DNA of 64,000 nucleotides, from NCBI GenBank assembly GCA_046329575.1, contig JAXLUJ010000013.1, positions 4,338 through 68,337 on the forward strand. The letters run 5' to 3'. The notes under the pieces are model-generated. The model saw only the letters and a list, made by a program, of their open reading frames with translations. It had not been told where the DNA came from and ran no database searches. The translations under genes were made by a program, and so were the position numbers. Source of the DNA: Chitinophagales bacterium. Its GTDB lineage: Bacteria > Bacteroidota > Bacteroidia > Chitinophagales > LD1. Below, one piece after another: positions 27,254 to 37,500 of the stretch (within the stretch, counting starts at the first letter, position 1; the number at the start of each line of letters is the position of its first letter).

Positions 27254-27348
27254 AAGAATGTGCTAAACTGATAAAAAGAAGGCAAAGGCCAAAAGGGGAA
27301 GGTGTGGTAGGTTGATTGAGCATTACCTCGATTTAAAACAGGTGGCGT

Positions 27349-27375
27349 AAAAAAAAAGGCGGCTTCAAAGCCGCC
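27349..27375 (-). terminator. Rho-independent terminator after the amidase gene
   Basis: GGCGGCT-tcaa-AGCCGCC stem flanked by A9 (plus strand), which is a U-run on the minus strand. Confidence 0.8.
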
Positions 27376-27396
27376 TTTTTCTTTACTATTCTTCTT

Positions 27397-29142
27397 TTAT
27401 TTTGCCAATTCCAGAGTGCGTTTGGTATCGGTACGTTTGCCATTTTGATAGGCAATTACGAACGCTCCTTTAAAGCCCATTGCCTCGGCTTTAGCAATCA
27501 TTTGTTTAGCCTTGTTGTAGGTTTCAAAATCGCCAGCCATGTAACGGGTAACGCCGTTTCCGGCATCCTCTTCGATAATTGCAGGGAAAGCCGCTTCGAG
27601 TTGTTTCATATTATGGGGCCGGTTATGCGCTGCCACTAATTGCAACCGGAATACTGTAACCGCCGAAGCAGCCGGCGTTTTCACTGTGGTGGTTTTCTCT
27701 ACCACTTTAGTTTCTTTAGTTACCGTTTTCACTTCAGTTTTCACCACCGGTTTTTCGGCGGGTTTTTCGGCGGGTTTTGCTGCCGGTTTCTCAGGCGCTT
27801 TTTCAGCAACAGGTTTTACTGGTGCTTCGTTAGAATTCAGCGGAACTTTTGGCTTTTCGGTTTTTACGGTAGCGGTGGTAGTAGTGGTCTTTACCGTAAC
27901 CGGCTGCGCTTTCGTTTCAGCAGGAATTTTTGCAGGATCTACCTTTACTTTAGCAGGCTCTTCGCGCTTTACTTCTCCTTCCGGACTCCAAGCCCAGCCT
28001 CCGGCAGGTTCTTTGTCGTGCGCTGCCGGTTTTACCGGTTCGGTACGTTCTACCATTCTTGTTGGTGCGGTTTCAGGTTGTTTTTCGGCCTGCTTTTCCA
28101 CTACTTTTTCAACCGGCTTTTCAGGAATTATTTCCGTTTTTACAGTGGTTTGCACCACTTGTGTTTCCGGTTCCGCCTTTTTCATTTCCACTTTAGGTTC
28201 GTTAGAAACAGTGTTTTGAACTACCACTTCTTCTTTGGTAGTAACCGTTTTAGTGGTTTCCATTTCCTTCTTCACTTCTTCCGGCATCGGCTTTACGATT
28301 GACGCTCCCGCCGGTGTGCCTTCGATGTCATTCTTATAGCCCCGGAACGCCTTTAGTATAGACGTTGCTATAGAAGTTTGACCACTATCTGACGACAAGA
28401 ACTTTTCTTCCGTAGGATTAGATATAAATCCGATCTCGGCCAGCAGGGCGGGCATAGCCGTTTTGTACAGCACCCAGAATCCGGCTTGTTTCACTCCCCG
28501 GCTTTTGCGTTTTGCAGCCGCAGCCAGTTCATCTTCTATTTTAGAAGCAATCAGAATGCTTTGATCAAGAAAGGCATTCTGTTTCATGCTCATGATGATG
28601 TGCCCTTCGGGCGAATTGGGATCGAATTCATAGTTTTTGGACCTATCTTTATCGTTCTCCAGTTCCACTACACTGTTCTCGCGCTTAGCAATATCCAAAT
28701 TATCTTCGGTGCGGTGCAAACCCAACACATAAGTGCTGGTGCCATAGGCTTCGTGGTTTGTGGCCGAGTTGAGGTGAATACAGATGAACAGATCGGCCTT
28801 TGCTTTATTGGCGATTTCGGCGCGGTCGGCCAAAGAGACAAATTTATCAGTGGTACGGGTGTAGATGATTTTCACATCAGGAAAATTTTCCTGCACCATT
28901 TTGCCGAATTTGAGCGAAACGGCCAGTGCCAGATCTGCTTCGTGGTGATTACCAGGGCCTATAGCGCCGGGATCCATACCGCCATGGCCGGGATCAATCA
29001 CCAGCGTACGCACCGTAGCGCCTTGCCCTGCAGGACGGGCATTGGCAAAAGAAGTTAAAAGTAAAACTGCGACCGTTAGAGCAAGCGTCCTCACTATGAT
29101 GTTTTTATATTTTTGTTTGTTTCGATCAACAGATACGACCAT
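27397..29142 (-). CDS. N-acetylmuramoyl-L-alanine amidase (Amidase_3) with long K/E/P/T/V-rich linker and C-terminal SPOR domain
   Basis: 581 aa. LVIDPGHGGMDPGA amidase_3 motif. ~220-aa low-complexity linker. C-terminal FRLQLVA…GFKGAFVIAY is SPOR-like. Confidence 0.85.
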   Translation of the reverse strand: MVVSVDRNKQKYKNIIVRTLALTVAVLLLTSFANARPAGQGATVRTLVIDPGHGGMDPGAIGPGNHHEADLALAVSLKFGKMVQENFPDVKIIYTRTTDKFVSLADRAEIANKAKADLFICIHLNSATNHEAYGTSTYVLGLHRTEDNLDIAKRENSVVELENDKDRSKNYEFDPNSPEGHIIMSMKQNAFLDQSILIASKIEDELAAAAKRKSRGVKQAGFWVLYKTAMPALLAEIGFISNPTEEKFLSSDSGQTSIATSILKAFRGYKNDIEGTPAGASIVKPMPEEVKKEMETTKTVTTKEEVVVQNTVSNEPKVEMKKAEPETQVVQTTVKTEIIPEKPVEKVVEKQAEKQPETAPTRMVERTEPVKPAAHDKEPAGGWAWSPEGEVKREEPAKVKVDPAKIPAETKAQPVTVKTTTTTATVKTEKPKVPLNSNEAPVKPVAEKAPEKPAAKPAEKPAEKPVVKTEVKTVTKETKVVEKTTTVKTPAASAVTVFRLQLVAAHNRPHNMKQLEAAFPAIIEEDAGNGVTRYMAGDFETYNKAKQMIAKAEAMGFKGAFVIAYQNGKRTDTKRTLELAK

Positions 29143-31853
29143 TGTTTCTCAAATATAGGCTTTCCTCTTTTTACGGTACTGCTCGTTTGGCCGTTCTATT
29201 TTTCACAATAGTTTGGTCATTGTCCTATTCTGAAACATGTGTAGCCCAAACCCGTGCCGGGGCCAAAACCGGCGGCACGGTAACCGAGCCACCTAAAACC
29301 ACCAACGATACCCTTCGCAAAGCTGACAGTATGGTGGTGAAGGTAGATACTTTGAACCCAGACTTTGCTGAAAGCGATATCAAAAGCAAGATCAACTACC
29401 AGGCCGACGACAGTATTGTGTACGATTTGGACAGTAAAAAGATGTATTTGTACAACAAAACGCAAATGACATATGATAAAACCAAGTTGAAGGCTGACCT
29501 TACAGAGTTTGACTGGACTACCTTTACGCTTACGGCAGAGGGAAAAAAAGACAGTTCGGGGCAGGTGACCGGAACACCCGAGTTTACCGAAAACGAGCAG
29601 CCTTATCGCGCGAAGAAAATGGCCTATAATTTCAAAAGCAAGCGCGGCAAGGTGTATGAAGTGAGTACAAAAGAAGGTGAAGCCTACTTGCACAGTGAAG
29701 CCGTAAAAAGAAATGAGGATGAAAGTTGGTATGGCTACAAAACGAAATACACTACATGTGATTTAGACCATCCCCACTTTTATTTTCAGGCCAAGAAAGC
29801 CAAAGTAGTACCGAACAAGGTGATGGTAACCGGTCCGGTTAATTTATGGGTGGCCGATGTTCCCACCCCATTGTATTTGCCTTTTGGAATTTTCCCCATC
29901 AAGCAAGGGCGGCGTTCGGGCATTATCATGCCGAAATACGGCGAAGCCGGCGGCACATTTTTTCTGAAAGAAGGCGGTTACTATTGGGCGGTGAACGAAA
30001 TGCTGGGGCTTCGGTTAACCGGCGACATTTTTCTGAACGGCACGTTTGGCGCGCATGTGGGCGCGCAGTACCGTGTAAACTACAAAGTGAATGGTAATTT
30101 GGGTTTCGATTATATCCGCACGCGGCCGGCCGATCCTGATTTGCCCAATCAGCGTTCTACTAACAGTTTCAACTTTGCCTGGCAGTTAGCGATGGATCCG
30201 AAGGCAGCGCCTACCAATTCGTTCAACATTAACATTAATGTAAACCTGGGCGATTATTACCGCGCCTCGCGAGCCACCGACAACAATATCTTCCAGACGG
30301 CATTCAACTCCAACATCAGTTACGCCAAATCATTTCCCAGGGCGCCATTCCTTTCTTTGGCTATCAATGCTTCGCACAGCCAGAATATTGCCACGAAAAC
30401 CTTTAGCATTACATTGCCTGCTGTTCGATTTGCGGTGTCGCCGGTGTCGCCATTCAAATCAAAAGTATCCACGGGAAATCCAAAGTGGTATGAGAAAATT
30501 AGAGTGAGCTATGCCATGGAATTCAAAAACCAGTTGAACACATTCGACAGTTTATTGAACAAAGCAGAGACCTACAAAAAAATGGATTACGGCATCAACC
30601 AAACGGCAACCATAGATGCTCCGTTTGTTGTGGCCAAATATCTCAACATTACACCGGCATTCACTTATAACGAAAGGTGGTTCTTTAAATCGGTAGATCG
30701 TTCCTGGGTAAGCCAGGATCAGATTCTGAAATTACCAAATGGTCAGGAAATTGTATTGCCGGGCTACGGCAGCTATCTGCGTTCTGATACTTCTTACAAA
30801 TTTCATGGTGTTCGCGATTTCAACACCTCGCTTCAGGTTTCTACCAAAGTGACCGGCATTTTCAAATTTGGCGGAAAATGGATCAAGGCATTACGGCACA
30901 CCTTTACGCCTGCGCTGAATTTTATTTACAATCCGAACTTCAGCAAACCCATGTGGGGTTACTATCAGCGCGTTCGCACCGATTTGCAGGGAAACACCAC
31001 TTTATACAATCGCTATGACATCAATTCAGGATTAGGTTATGGAAGTCCGTCGTCGGTGCAGTCGGCCTCGTTGAACTGGAGTTTGGGCAACACTTTCGAT
31101 TTGAAAACATTTTCAAAAAGCGATTCGGTTAAACATGAAAAGACGATCAACAGTTTTCTTCGATTAAATATTACCGGTGGCTATAATTTTGCCGCAGATA
31201 GTTTACGGCTACAGCCATTTGGCATTAATGGCAGCATTCAATTTTTACAGAACATCAATGCCAATTTTAATGTTGGGCTCGATCCTTATACCGTAGATGG
31301 CAGGAATGTGCGGATCAACAAATTTGCGTGGAATGCCGATCATAAATTATTGCGTTTCACTAGTGCCACATTTAGTATTTCCGCCAGTTTCAGAGGAAAG
31401 GCCAAGCCGGTTTCGCCGGTTGTGGAAGACACTAAATTGCCGAAGATGATTGCCGATTATGTGGTGTACAATCCTGATGTGTACTACAACTTCAACATTC
31501 CATGGAGCATTTCGCCAAATTATTCATTGTTGCTATCGAACACCAAAAGCGTTTACACGCAGCGCGACACCGTAATTTTTACCCAAACGTTGAATGTAAG
31601 CGGCGATGTTAATATCACACCAAAGTGGAAGATCACGGCCCGCACCGGATACGATTTTCAGCGAAAAGATTTGACCATAACGCAGTTAACGGTGATCCGC
31701 GATTTGCATTGCTGGGAGCTGAGTTTCAACTGGACGGCGTATCCTGTACAGTATCAGCAATTCTTGATTGATCTGCACATCCGTTCGTCAACATTGCGCG
31801 ATCTGAAATTGACAAAGAAGAACGATCCGCAGCAATTACAGCGTTTTCCATAG
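29142..31853 (+). CDS. Bacteroidetes-type putative LPS-assembly outer-membrane protein (LptD-like)
   Basis: 903 aa. Signal peptide and large beta-barrel-like composition. Typical divergent pairing with the amidase. Start uncertain: TTG at 29142 or TTG near 29187. Confidence 0.65.
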   Translation: MFLKYRLSSFYGTARLAVLFFTIVWSLSYSETCVAQTRAGAKTGGTVTEPPKTTNDTLRKADSMVVKVDTLNPDFAESDIKSKINYQADDSIVYDLDSKKMYLYNKTQMTYDKTKLKADLTEFDWTTFTLTAEGKKDSSGQVTGTPEFTENEQPYRAKKMAYNFKSKRGKVYEVSTKEGEAYLHSEAVKRNEDESWYGYKTKYTTCDLDHPHFYFQAKKAKVVPNKVMVTGPVNLWVADVPTPLYLPFGIFPIKQGRRSGIIMPKYGEAGGTFFLKEGGYYWAVNEMLGLRLTGDIFLNGTFGAHVGAQYRVNYKVNGNLGFDYIRTRPADPDLPNQRSTNSFNFAWQLAMDPKAAPTNSFNININVNLGDYYRASRATDNNIFQTAFNSNISYAKSFPRAPFLSLAINASHSQNIATKTFSITLPAVRFAVSPVSPFKSKVSTGNPKWYEKIRVSYAMEFKNQLNTFDSLLNKAETYKKMDYGINQTATIDAPFVVAKYLNITPAFTYNERWFFKSVDRSWVSQDQILKLPNGQEIVLPGYGSYLRSDTSYKFHGVRDFNTSLQVSTKVTGIFKFGGKWIKALRHTFTPALNFIYNPNFSKPMWGYYQRVRTDLQGNTTLYNRYDINSGLGYGSPSSVQSASLNWSLGNTFDLKTFSKSDSVKHEKTINSFLRLNITGGYNFAADSLRLQPFGINGSIQFLQNINANFNVGLDPYTVDGRNVRINKFAWNADHKLLRFTSATFSISASFRGKAKPVSPVVEDTKLPKMIADYVVYNPDVYYNFNIPWSISPNYSLLLSNTKSVYTQRDTVIFTQTLNVSGDVNITPKWKITARTGYDFQRKDLTITQLTVIRDLHCWELSFNWTAYPVQYQQFLIDLHIRSSTLRDLKLTKKNDPQQLQRFP

Positions 31854-31905
31854 TGCGGTGAATGTTCCCCACCCAAAGGCTGGAACACCTTATGCGGCAA
31901 CGGTT

Positions 31906-32607
31906 ATGGGCATTTCATTGTACAATAAGAAACGCAACTTTAAATCAACAAAAGAACCAGAAGGCAAGGTAAAATCAGGTTCGGGAAAGTTGAAATTTGT
32001 GGTGCAAAAACACCATGCGTCGCATTTACATTACGATTTCCGTTTAGAAATGGAAGGCGTATTAAAAAGCTGGGCAGTTCCTAAAGGACCTTCGATGAAC
32101 CCCGATGATAAACGATTGGCAATGATGGTGGAAGATCATCCGTATGATTACAAAGATTTTGAAGGAAACATTCCTGAAGGAAGTTATGGTGGCGGCAATG
32201 TGATTGTTTGGGATGCGGGCAGTTATCATTTGCCGGAAGCAATGACGCGTAAAAAACAGGAAGCCCAATTACTGGCCGATCTTCATAATGGTCATCTGCA
32301 TTTTGTTTTGGAAGGCAAGAAATTAAAAGGCGCATTTTCTTTAGTCAAAATCAAAAATGGCAAACAGGAAAATGCGTGGTTGCTGGTAAAGAAAGATGAT
32401 GAATTTGCCAGTAAAGAAGATATAACGTTGAAGGAAAATTCGGTGCTCAGCAAACTCACCTTACCGAAACTTGCGGAAAAGTTTGGCAATGACAAGAATG
32501 GCATTTCCGGTTCAGAAAAAAAGCGGACTGTAAAAAGCACTTCAGTTATACCCGCTGCGAAAAAACAGGCGGTAAAAAAAAAGTCCGCGCCCGGCCTGAA
32601 AAAATAA
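31906..32607 (+). CDS. LigD 3'-phosphoesterase (PE) domain protein with lysine-rich tail
   Basis: YNKKRNFKSTKEPEG…KFVVQKHHASHLHYDFRLE…LKSWAVPKGPS is the LigD-PE signature. Start moved to ATG 31906. Confidence 0.85.
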   Translation: MGISLYNKKRNFKSTKEPEGKVKSGSGKLKFVVQKHHASHLHYDFRLEMEGVLKSWAVPKGPSMNPDDKRLAMMVEDHPYDYKDFEGNIPEGSYGGGNVIVWDAGSYHLPEAMTRKKQEAQLLADLHNGHLHFVLEGKKLKGAFSLVKIKNGKQENAWLLVKKDDEFASKEDITLKENSVLSKLTLPKLAEKFGNDKNGISGSEKKRTVKSTSVIPAAKKQAVKKKSAPGLKK

Positions 32608-32612
32608 AGCCG

Positions 32613-34493
32613 ATGCTGGCCACATTGGGCGAGGCCGCATTCGACGATGAGGAGTGGCTGTTTGAAATTAAATATGATGGTTACCGGGCTGTAAGTTCTA
32701 TACAGGAAGGTGAAGCTGATTTGTACAGCAGAAATTCCCTATCGTTCAACGAAACTTTTGCTCCGGTGAAGGATGCCCTTTCCCGATTAAAGCATGATGC
32801 GATTCTTGACGGTGAAGTGGTGGTAAACGATGCCCAAGGCGTTTCGAAATTTCAGTTGTTGCAAAACTATCAGCGCTCTGGTGAAGGGGCGCTGCAATAC
32901 ATGGTTTTCGATCTCTTATTTCTGGATGGAAAAGACGTTCGGCACTTACCACTTTTTCAAAGGAAAGAACTATTGAAAACCCTGTTGGATGAATGGAAAA
33001 GCAAAACAGTAAAATATTCCGATCATATTGTTGGTAAAGGCATTTCATTCTTCAAGTTGGCGGAGCAAAATCATTTAGAAGGAATTATTGCCAAGCGCGC
33101 CAACAGTGTTTATCAGAGCGGCGTGCGGAACAGAGACTGGCTGAAAATTAAAATCAGTCTGGAAGAAGAGGCTGTTATTTGCGGTATTACAGCGCCTCAG
33201 GGCTCGCGTTCTCATTTTGGATCGCTGGTATTAGGAATGTATGAAAACGGTGAATTGAACTATATCGGCAACTGCGGAACAGGATTTTCAGAAGCCTTGC
33301 TGCGTGAGTTGTATCAGAAATTCAGCAAGTATTTCACCGATCGAAATCCTTTCGATAAAAAGATAAAACTACCGGGAAGTGTGCAATGGATGAAGCCTCA
33401 CTTTGTAGCGCAGGTTAAGTTTACGGAATGGACGGGTGACGGCAGTTTGAGGCATCCTGTTTTTCTTGGATTGCGTAACGATAAAAAATCAAAAGAAGTG
33501 ATGAGGAAAAATGCAGCAAGTAAACCCGCCGTAGCTAAAAAGGCCGGTGCGAAACCCAAGTCGCAAAAAGCATCTTCTACAAAAGAGGAAGTGCGAAAAG
33601 TGAATGGAAAAGAATTAATTCTAACCAACCAGCAAAAAATATACTGGCCGAAAGAGCACATTACCAAAGGCGGCCTGATTGCCTACTACGATTCTGTTGC
33701 TGCTTATATGCTGCCTTATTTAAAGAATCGTCCACAATCAATGAATCGCTTTCCCAACGGCATCAACGGCCCTTCGTTCTACCAAAAAGATGTAGATACA
33801 GCAACGGTGCCTGAATGGATTCAAACAGAAAAAGTTTACAGTGAATCGAATAAGGAGTTCATTCACTATTTGATTTGTAACGATAAAGCCACCTTGCTTT
33901 TTATGGCGAATCTGGGATGCATTGAAATCAATCCGTGGAATTCGGTAATCAGCCGGCCGGAAAATCCCGACTGGATGGTAATTGATTTGGATCCTGAAAA
34001 AATCGCATTTTCTGAAGTAGTAAAAACGGCTTTGGTAGTGCGTGAAGTTTTTGAAGAATTGGAAATTGAAAGTTATTGCAAGACGTCGGGCGCAACCGGT
34101 CTTCATATTTATATTCCCTTGGCCGGGAAATACGATTACGATATTGTAAAAACGTTTGCAGAAGTAATTGCGCAAACGGTGTTTTCGCGTCTTCCTGACA
34201 TAACGAGCATCGTACGAAGTCCGGCCAAGCGGCAAAAAAGAGTGTATGTTGATTTTCTTCAAAACCGGCGTGGCCAAACGCTTGCAGCGCCTTATTCGGT
34301 ACGGCCAAAACCCGGCGCCACTGTTTCCACTCCTTTGGAATGGAGCGAAGTAAATTACAAACTCGATCCTTCGAATTTTACCATTAAGAACACTTTAAAG
34401 CGATTGGAAAAAAAGGGAGATTTATGGAAACCGGTGTTGGGTAAAGGGGTGAATATTGATAAGGTGATTAGGAGGATTGCATCAAAGAAATGA
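32613..34493 (+). CDS. ligD: ATP-dependent DNA ligase D, ligase + primase-polymerase domains (no PE domain)
   Basis: 626 aa. Adenylation motif EIKYDGYR. OB domain. K/A-rich linker. C-terminal LigD polymerase domain (…NRFPNGI…FYQKD…IDLDP…KTSGATGLHIYIPL). Confidence 0.88.
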   Translation: MLATLGEAAFDDEEWLFEIKYDGYRAVSSIQEGEADLYSRNSLSFNETFAPVKDALSRLKHDAILDGEVVVNDAQGVSKFQLLQNYQRSGEGALQYMVFDLLFLDGKDVRHLPLFQRKELLKTLLDEWKSKTVKYSDHIVGKGISFFKLAEQNHLEGIIAKRANSVYQSGVRNRDWLKIKISLEEEAVICGITAPQGSRSHFGSLVLGMYENGELNYIGNCGTGFSEALLRELYQKFSKYFTDRNPFDKKIKLPGSVQWMKPHFVAQVKFTEWTGDGSLRHPVFLGLRNDKKSKEVMRKNAASKPAVAKKAGAKPKSQKASSTKEEVRKVNGKELILTNQQKIYWPKEHITKGGLIAYYDSVAAYMLPYLKNRPQSMNRFPNGINGPSFYQKDVDTATVPEWIQTEKVYSESNKEFIHYLICNDKATLLFMANLGCIEINPWNSVISRPENPDWMVIDLDPEKIAFSEVVKTALVVREVFEELEIESYCKTSGATGLHIYIPLAGKYDYDIVKTFAEVIAQTVFSRLPDITSIVRSPAKRQKRVYVDFLQNRRGQTLAAPYSVRPKPGATVSTPLEWSEVNYKLDPSNFTIKNTLKRLEKKGDLWKPVLGKGVNIDKVIRRIASKK

Positions 34494-34551
34494 CTCCATA
34501 ATTCCACTAAATAACATTTATTATATTGCAAGGAGTTTAATAACAACCACT

Positions 34552-37500
34552 ATGAAACACTTGCAAAGTACCGCCAATAGGATAATCTGCGGCTTTTTGA
34601 TCCTGACATTTTTTGCTTTGTTCAGCAACCAAACAAACGCGCAGAGTTGTTGCCCAAAATTTCAACTTACCTTTCCTGAAAATTGTGACCGTTTTGACTC
34701 CCTTTGCGAATCGTCGGTCATATCGGCTGGAATGCAATTGTCAACGGCATGCAAAGGATCTACAAATGTTTACACCGTTTATCCAAATCTTCCAGGCTAC
34801 ACCTATCAATGGACGATTACAGGCGGCACACCCGTGAGTTATACTGGCAATCCGGTTACTGTGACCTGGGGAAATGGCGGTAATGCTCTGATCAAAGTAG
34901 TGATCTCTCAAAATAGTGGCAACTGCCGTGATTCCTTTCAAACGCAATTATGTTTGAAAGATGGACCCGTGGCGAATTTTACCATTACATCAAGTCCCTC
35001 ATGCGTAGGCCAGCCGGTAACCTTTAACAATACCGGCACGGGTGGCGTAACTTTCGTCTGGAACTTTGGAGACGGCAATTCCTATTCCGGTTTCAATCCG
35101 CCGCCTCACGTTTACAGTACTCCGGGAACTTATATTGTAACATTACTGGCCAGCAGTAATCCATTAACCGCCCAGCCCGGTTCGCAGGATTGCCATTGCA
35201 GAGATATTAAATCGGATACCCTAATAATTGGATCAGGAACCGGACCGAAGATTGATACGCTGGGTTGCTATGGATCACTTTGCAGTACCGACACCCCGCT
35301 TAGAACAGCTTACAGCACCCCGCTAATTTGCGGTACTTATAATTGGACGGTTAACGGAGGAACCATTATTTCCGGAGCCGGAACTTCCAGCATTGTAGTG
35401 CAATGGAATCCTTCGTTTTCTGGAACGCCAACCGTTACTTTATCGGTACCTGCAAGTTGTGCCGGTGGTTGTGCATCTTCTACCACTATTACAGTTCCAA
35501 TAATTTATCCTAACCTGCCAATCCAAGGCCCTGCATCGGTTTGTGTAGGAAGTACCAGTAGTTATTCACTGCCGGTATTACCCGGATGCTATTACAGTTG
35601 GACTATTACAGGCAATGGAAATTTTACGCCTTCCAACAATAACTATAACTCAGCTGTTGCCAAAGTAATTGCCGGCAATTTCCCCGGCTCGTTTACACTG
35701 AACTGCACTTACTACGATTCGTTGAAACATTGTGGCGGAAGCAGTTCGTGGACAGTTCAAGTTCTTGACAAATTTTTGATATCGGCAGCAGACCTGAAAG
35801 TTTGCGAGCAAGCCACAGGAAATTATTTTGCAAGCGGACCGGCGAGCTGGCAGGTTTTCCAAAATGGAATTCTCGTACCATCATATGTGATTCCCAATGG
35901 CAGCAGCGCATCTATTTTTTGGTTGACACCGGGAACGTATCAGGTAGTTGCCACTTCATTAAATCCGCTTCTGTATTGCAATAGTTCATATTCCGCAACG
36001 GTTGTTGTAGCTGCACGTCCTGTACTCACCACTTCACAAGCGTTAAACTCGAATGTATGTTCTGGTGACTTAATAACTTATCAGGTAAACAGCACACATC
36101 CCGATTATCCATTCAACTGGTCTATTTCAGGCGGAACGATAATGGCGAACGACGGCGATAATGTTACGGTGCAATGGACCAGCGGCGGAACTATTTCGGT
36201 GTATCAAAGTAATCCTGACCCGAGCCTGATTTGCCCATCGAACACACTCACTTTTACAGCAACTCCATTTGCTGCCCCCAACATCACCGGAGCGGCAACG
36301 GCTTGTGAGGATGACGTAGTGAATTATAACGCTACTCCTGCAGGTATGCCCGATTATCAATGGACCATTATTGGCGGAACCATCACCGGCGGTCAAGGCT
36401 CTTCCGCTATCAGTGTTTTATGGGCCGGCGGTACGGGAGTTCACAGTTTGACAGTTTCTACCTGTTCCGGTAGTTCCACAAAAACGGTTTTCATCACCAA
36501 CAAAACCACGTATTCGGTCACTTATACGGCTGGTGCCGGTTGCTCTTACACATTAACCAGTACGGCAACTGCACCTACTTATAGCTGGTATTTAAATGGA
36601 ACGCCATTAGCGCCAAATACCCAAACCATTTCCATAACAGCGTCAGGATACTACATGGTTCAGCCAAATATTCCCTGTACAAAAGCTTCAGGCATTGCCG
36701 TTACCTTGCCTGCCATTCCGCAGGTAACGATCACAACACCGGTCAGCCGTTTTTGTTCGCCGGGCGGTAGTGTAGCTCTTCCAGCCATCACCTTTAATTC
36801 TATAATTTCTGCCGGTGGTCCTTACACCTATCAATGGTATCATACACCTTCGCCGGGCGCAATCCCCGGAGCAAATAGCGCGGTGTATACGCAACCGGCA
36901 GGTTTACCATCTACTTCTATGGGTAGTTATTCGCTTGTGGTGGGATATGGCTCAGGCTGTACGGTGTCTTCAAATGTAGTTGTGATTGATACCGGCTGCG
37001 GAAGTGGCGGCGGAGGTACGCCATGCACTTTACCATCACCTCCATATAGTTTAACGGTAAGTAAAGGCTGTAACGGTTCGTATCTGGAATCCTTTTCTTC
37101 ACCGCCTCCGGCAGGCACTTCTATTAATTGGAATTTCGGTGATGGGAACACAGCCATTTCTTCCGTTGGCGCGGGCGTTACTCATAGTTTTCTGAATCCC
37201 GGTATTTATTCGGTTTGTGCCACGGCATCTAACAGCACCTTTTGTGATCTTACCAGTTGTATCATGGACACCATTCCCATTGCGCCTTCCTTCAGTGTGA
37301 ATATCGGCTGTACAGCTGCCACACTCACCAACACTTCACAAATGCTGAGCGGTATTTCCGGTTACACTATAAGCTGGTCGGCCAGCAGCGGAACCATTAG
37401 CCCAACCGGACCAAATACCGCCACCTTTACCGGATCAGGAACAGTCACTATGACCATTTCTTATCATGGTTGTAATTATGTTGTAAGTCAGAATGTAAAT

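Noticed and set aside
27640-28302. 220-aa and 177-aa ORFs antisense to the amidase gene
   Set aside because: They are generated by the repetitive low-complexity linker. The predicted peptides are F/R/G/S repeats with no plausible fold.
29140-29190. Amidase and lptD-like genes apparently starting back-to-back at the same base (29142)
   Set aside because: This is most likely a start-codon assignment issue. The lptD-like TTG at 29142 is the longest-ORF choice, and a downstream TTG (~29187) still gives a good signal peptide. There is no evidence for a real overlap mechanism.
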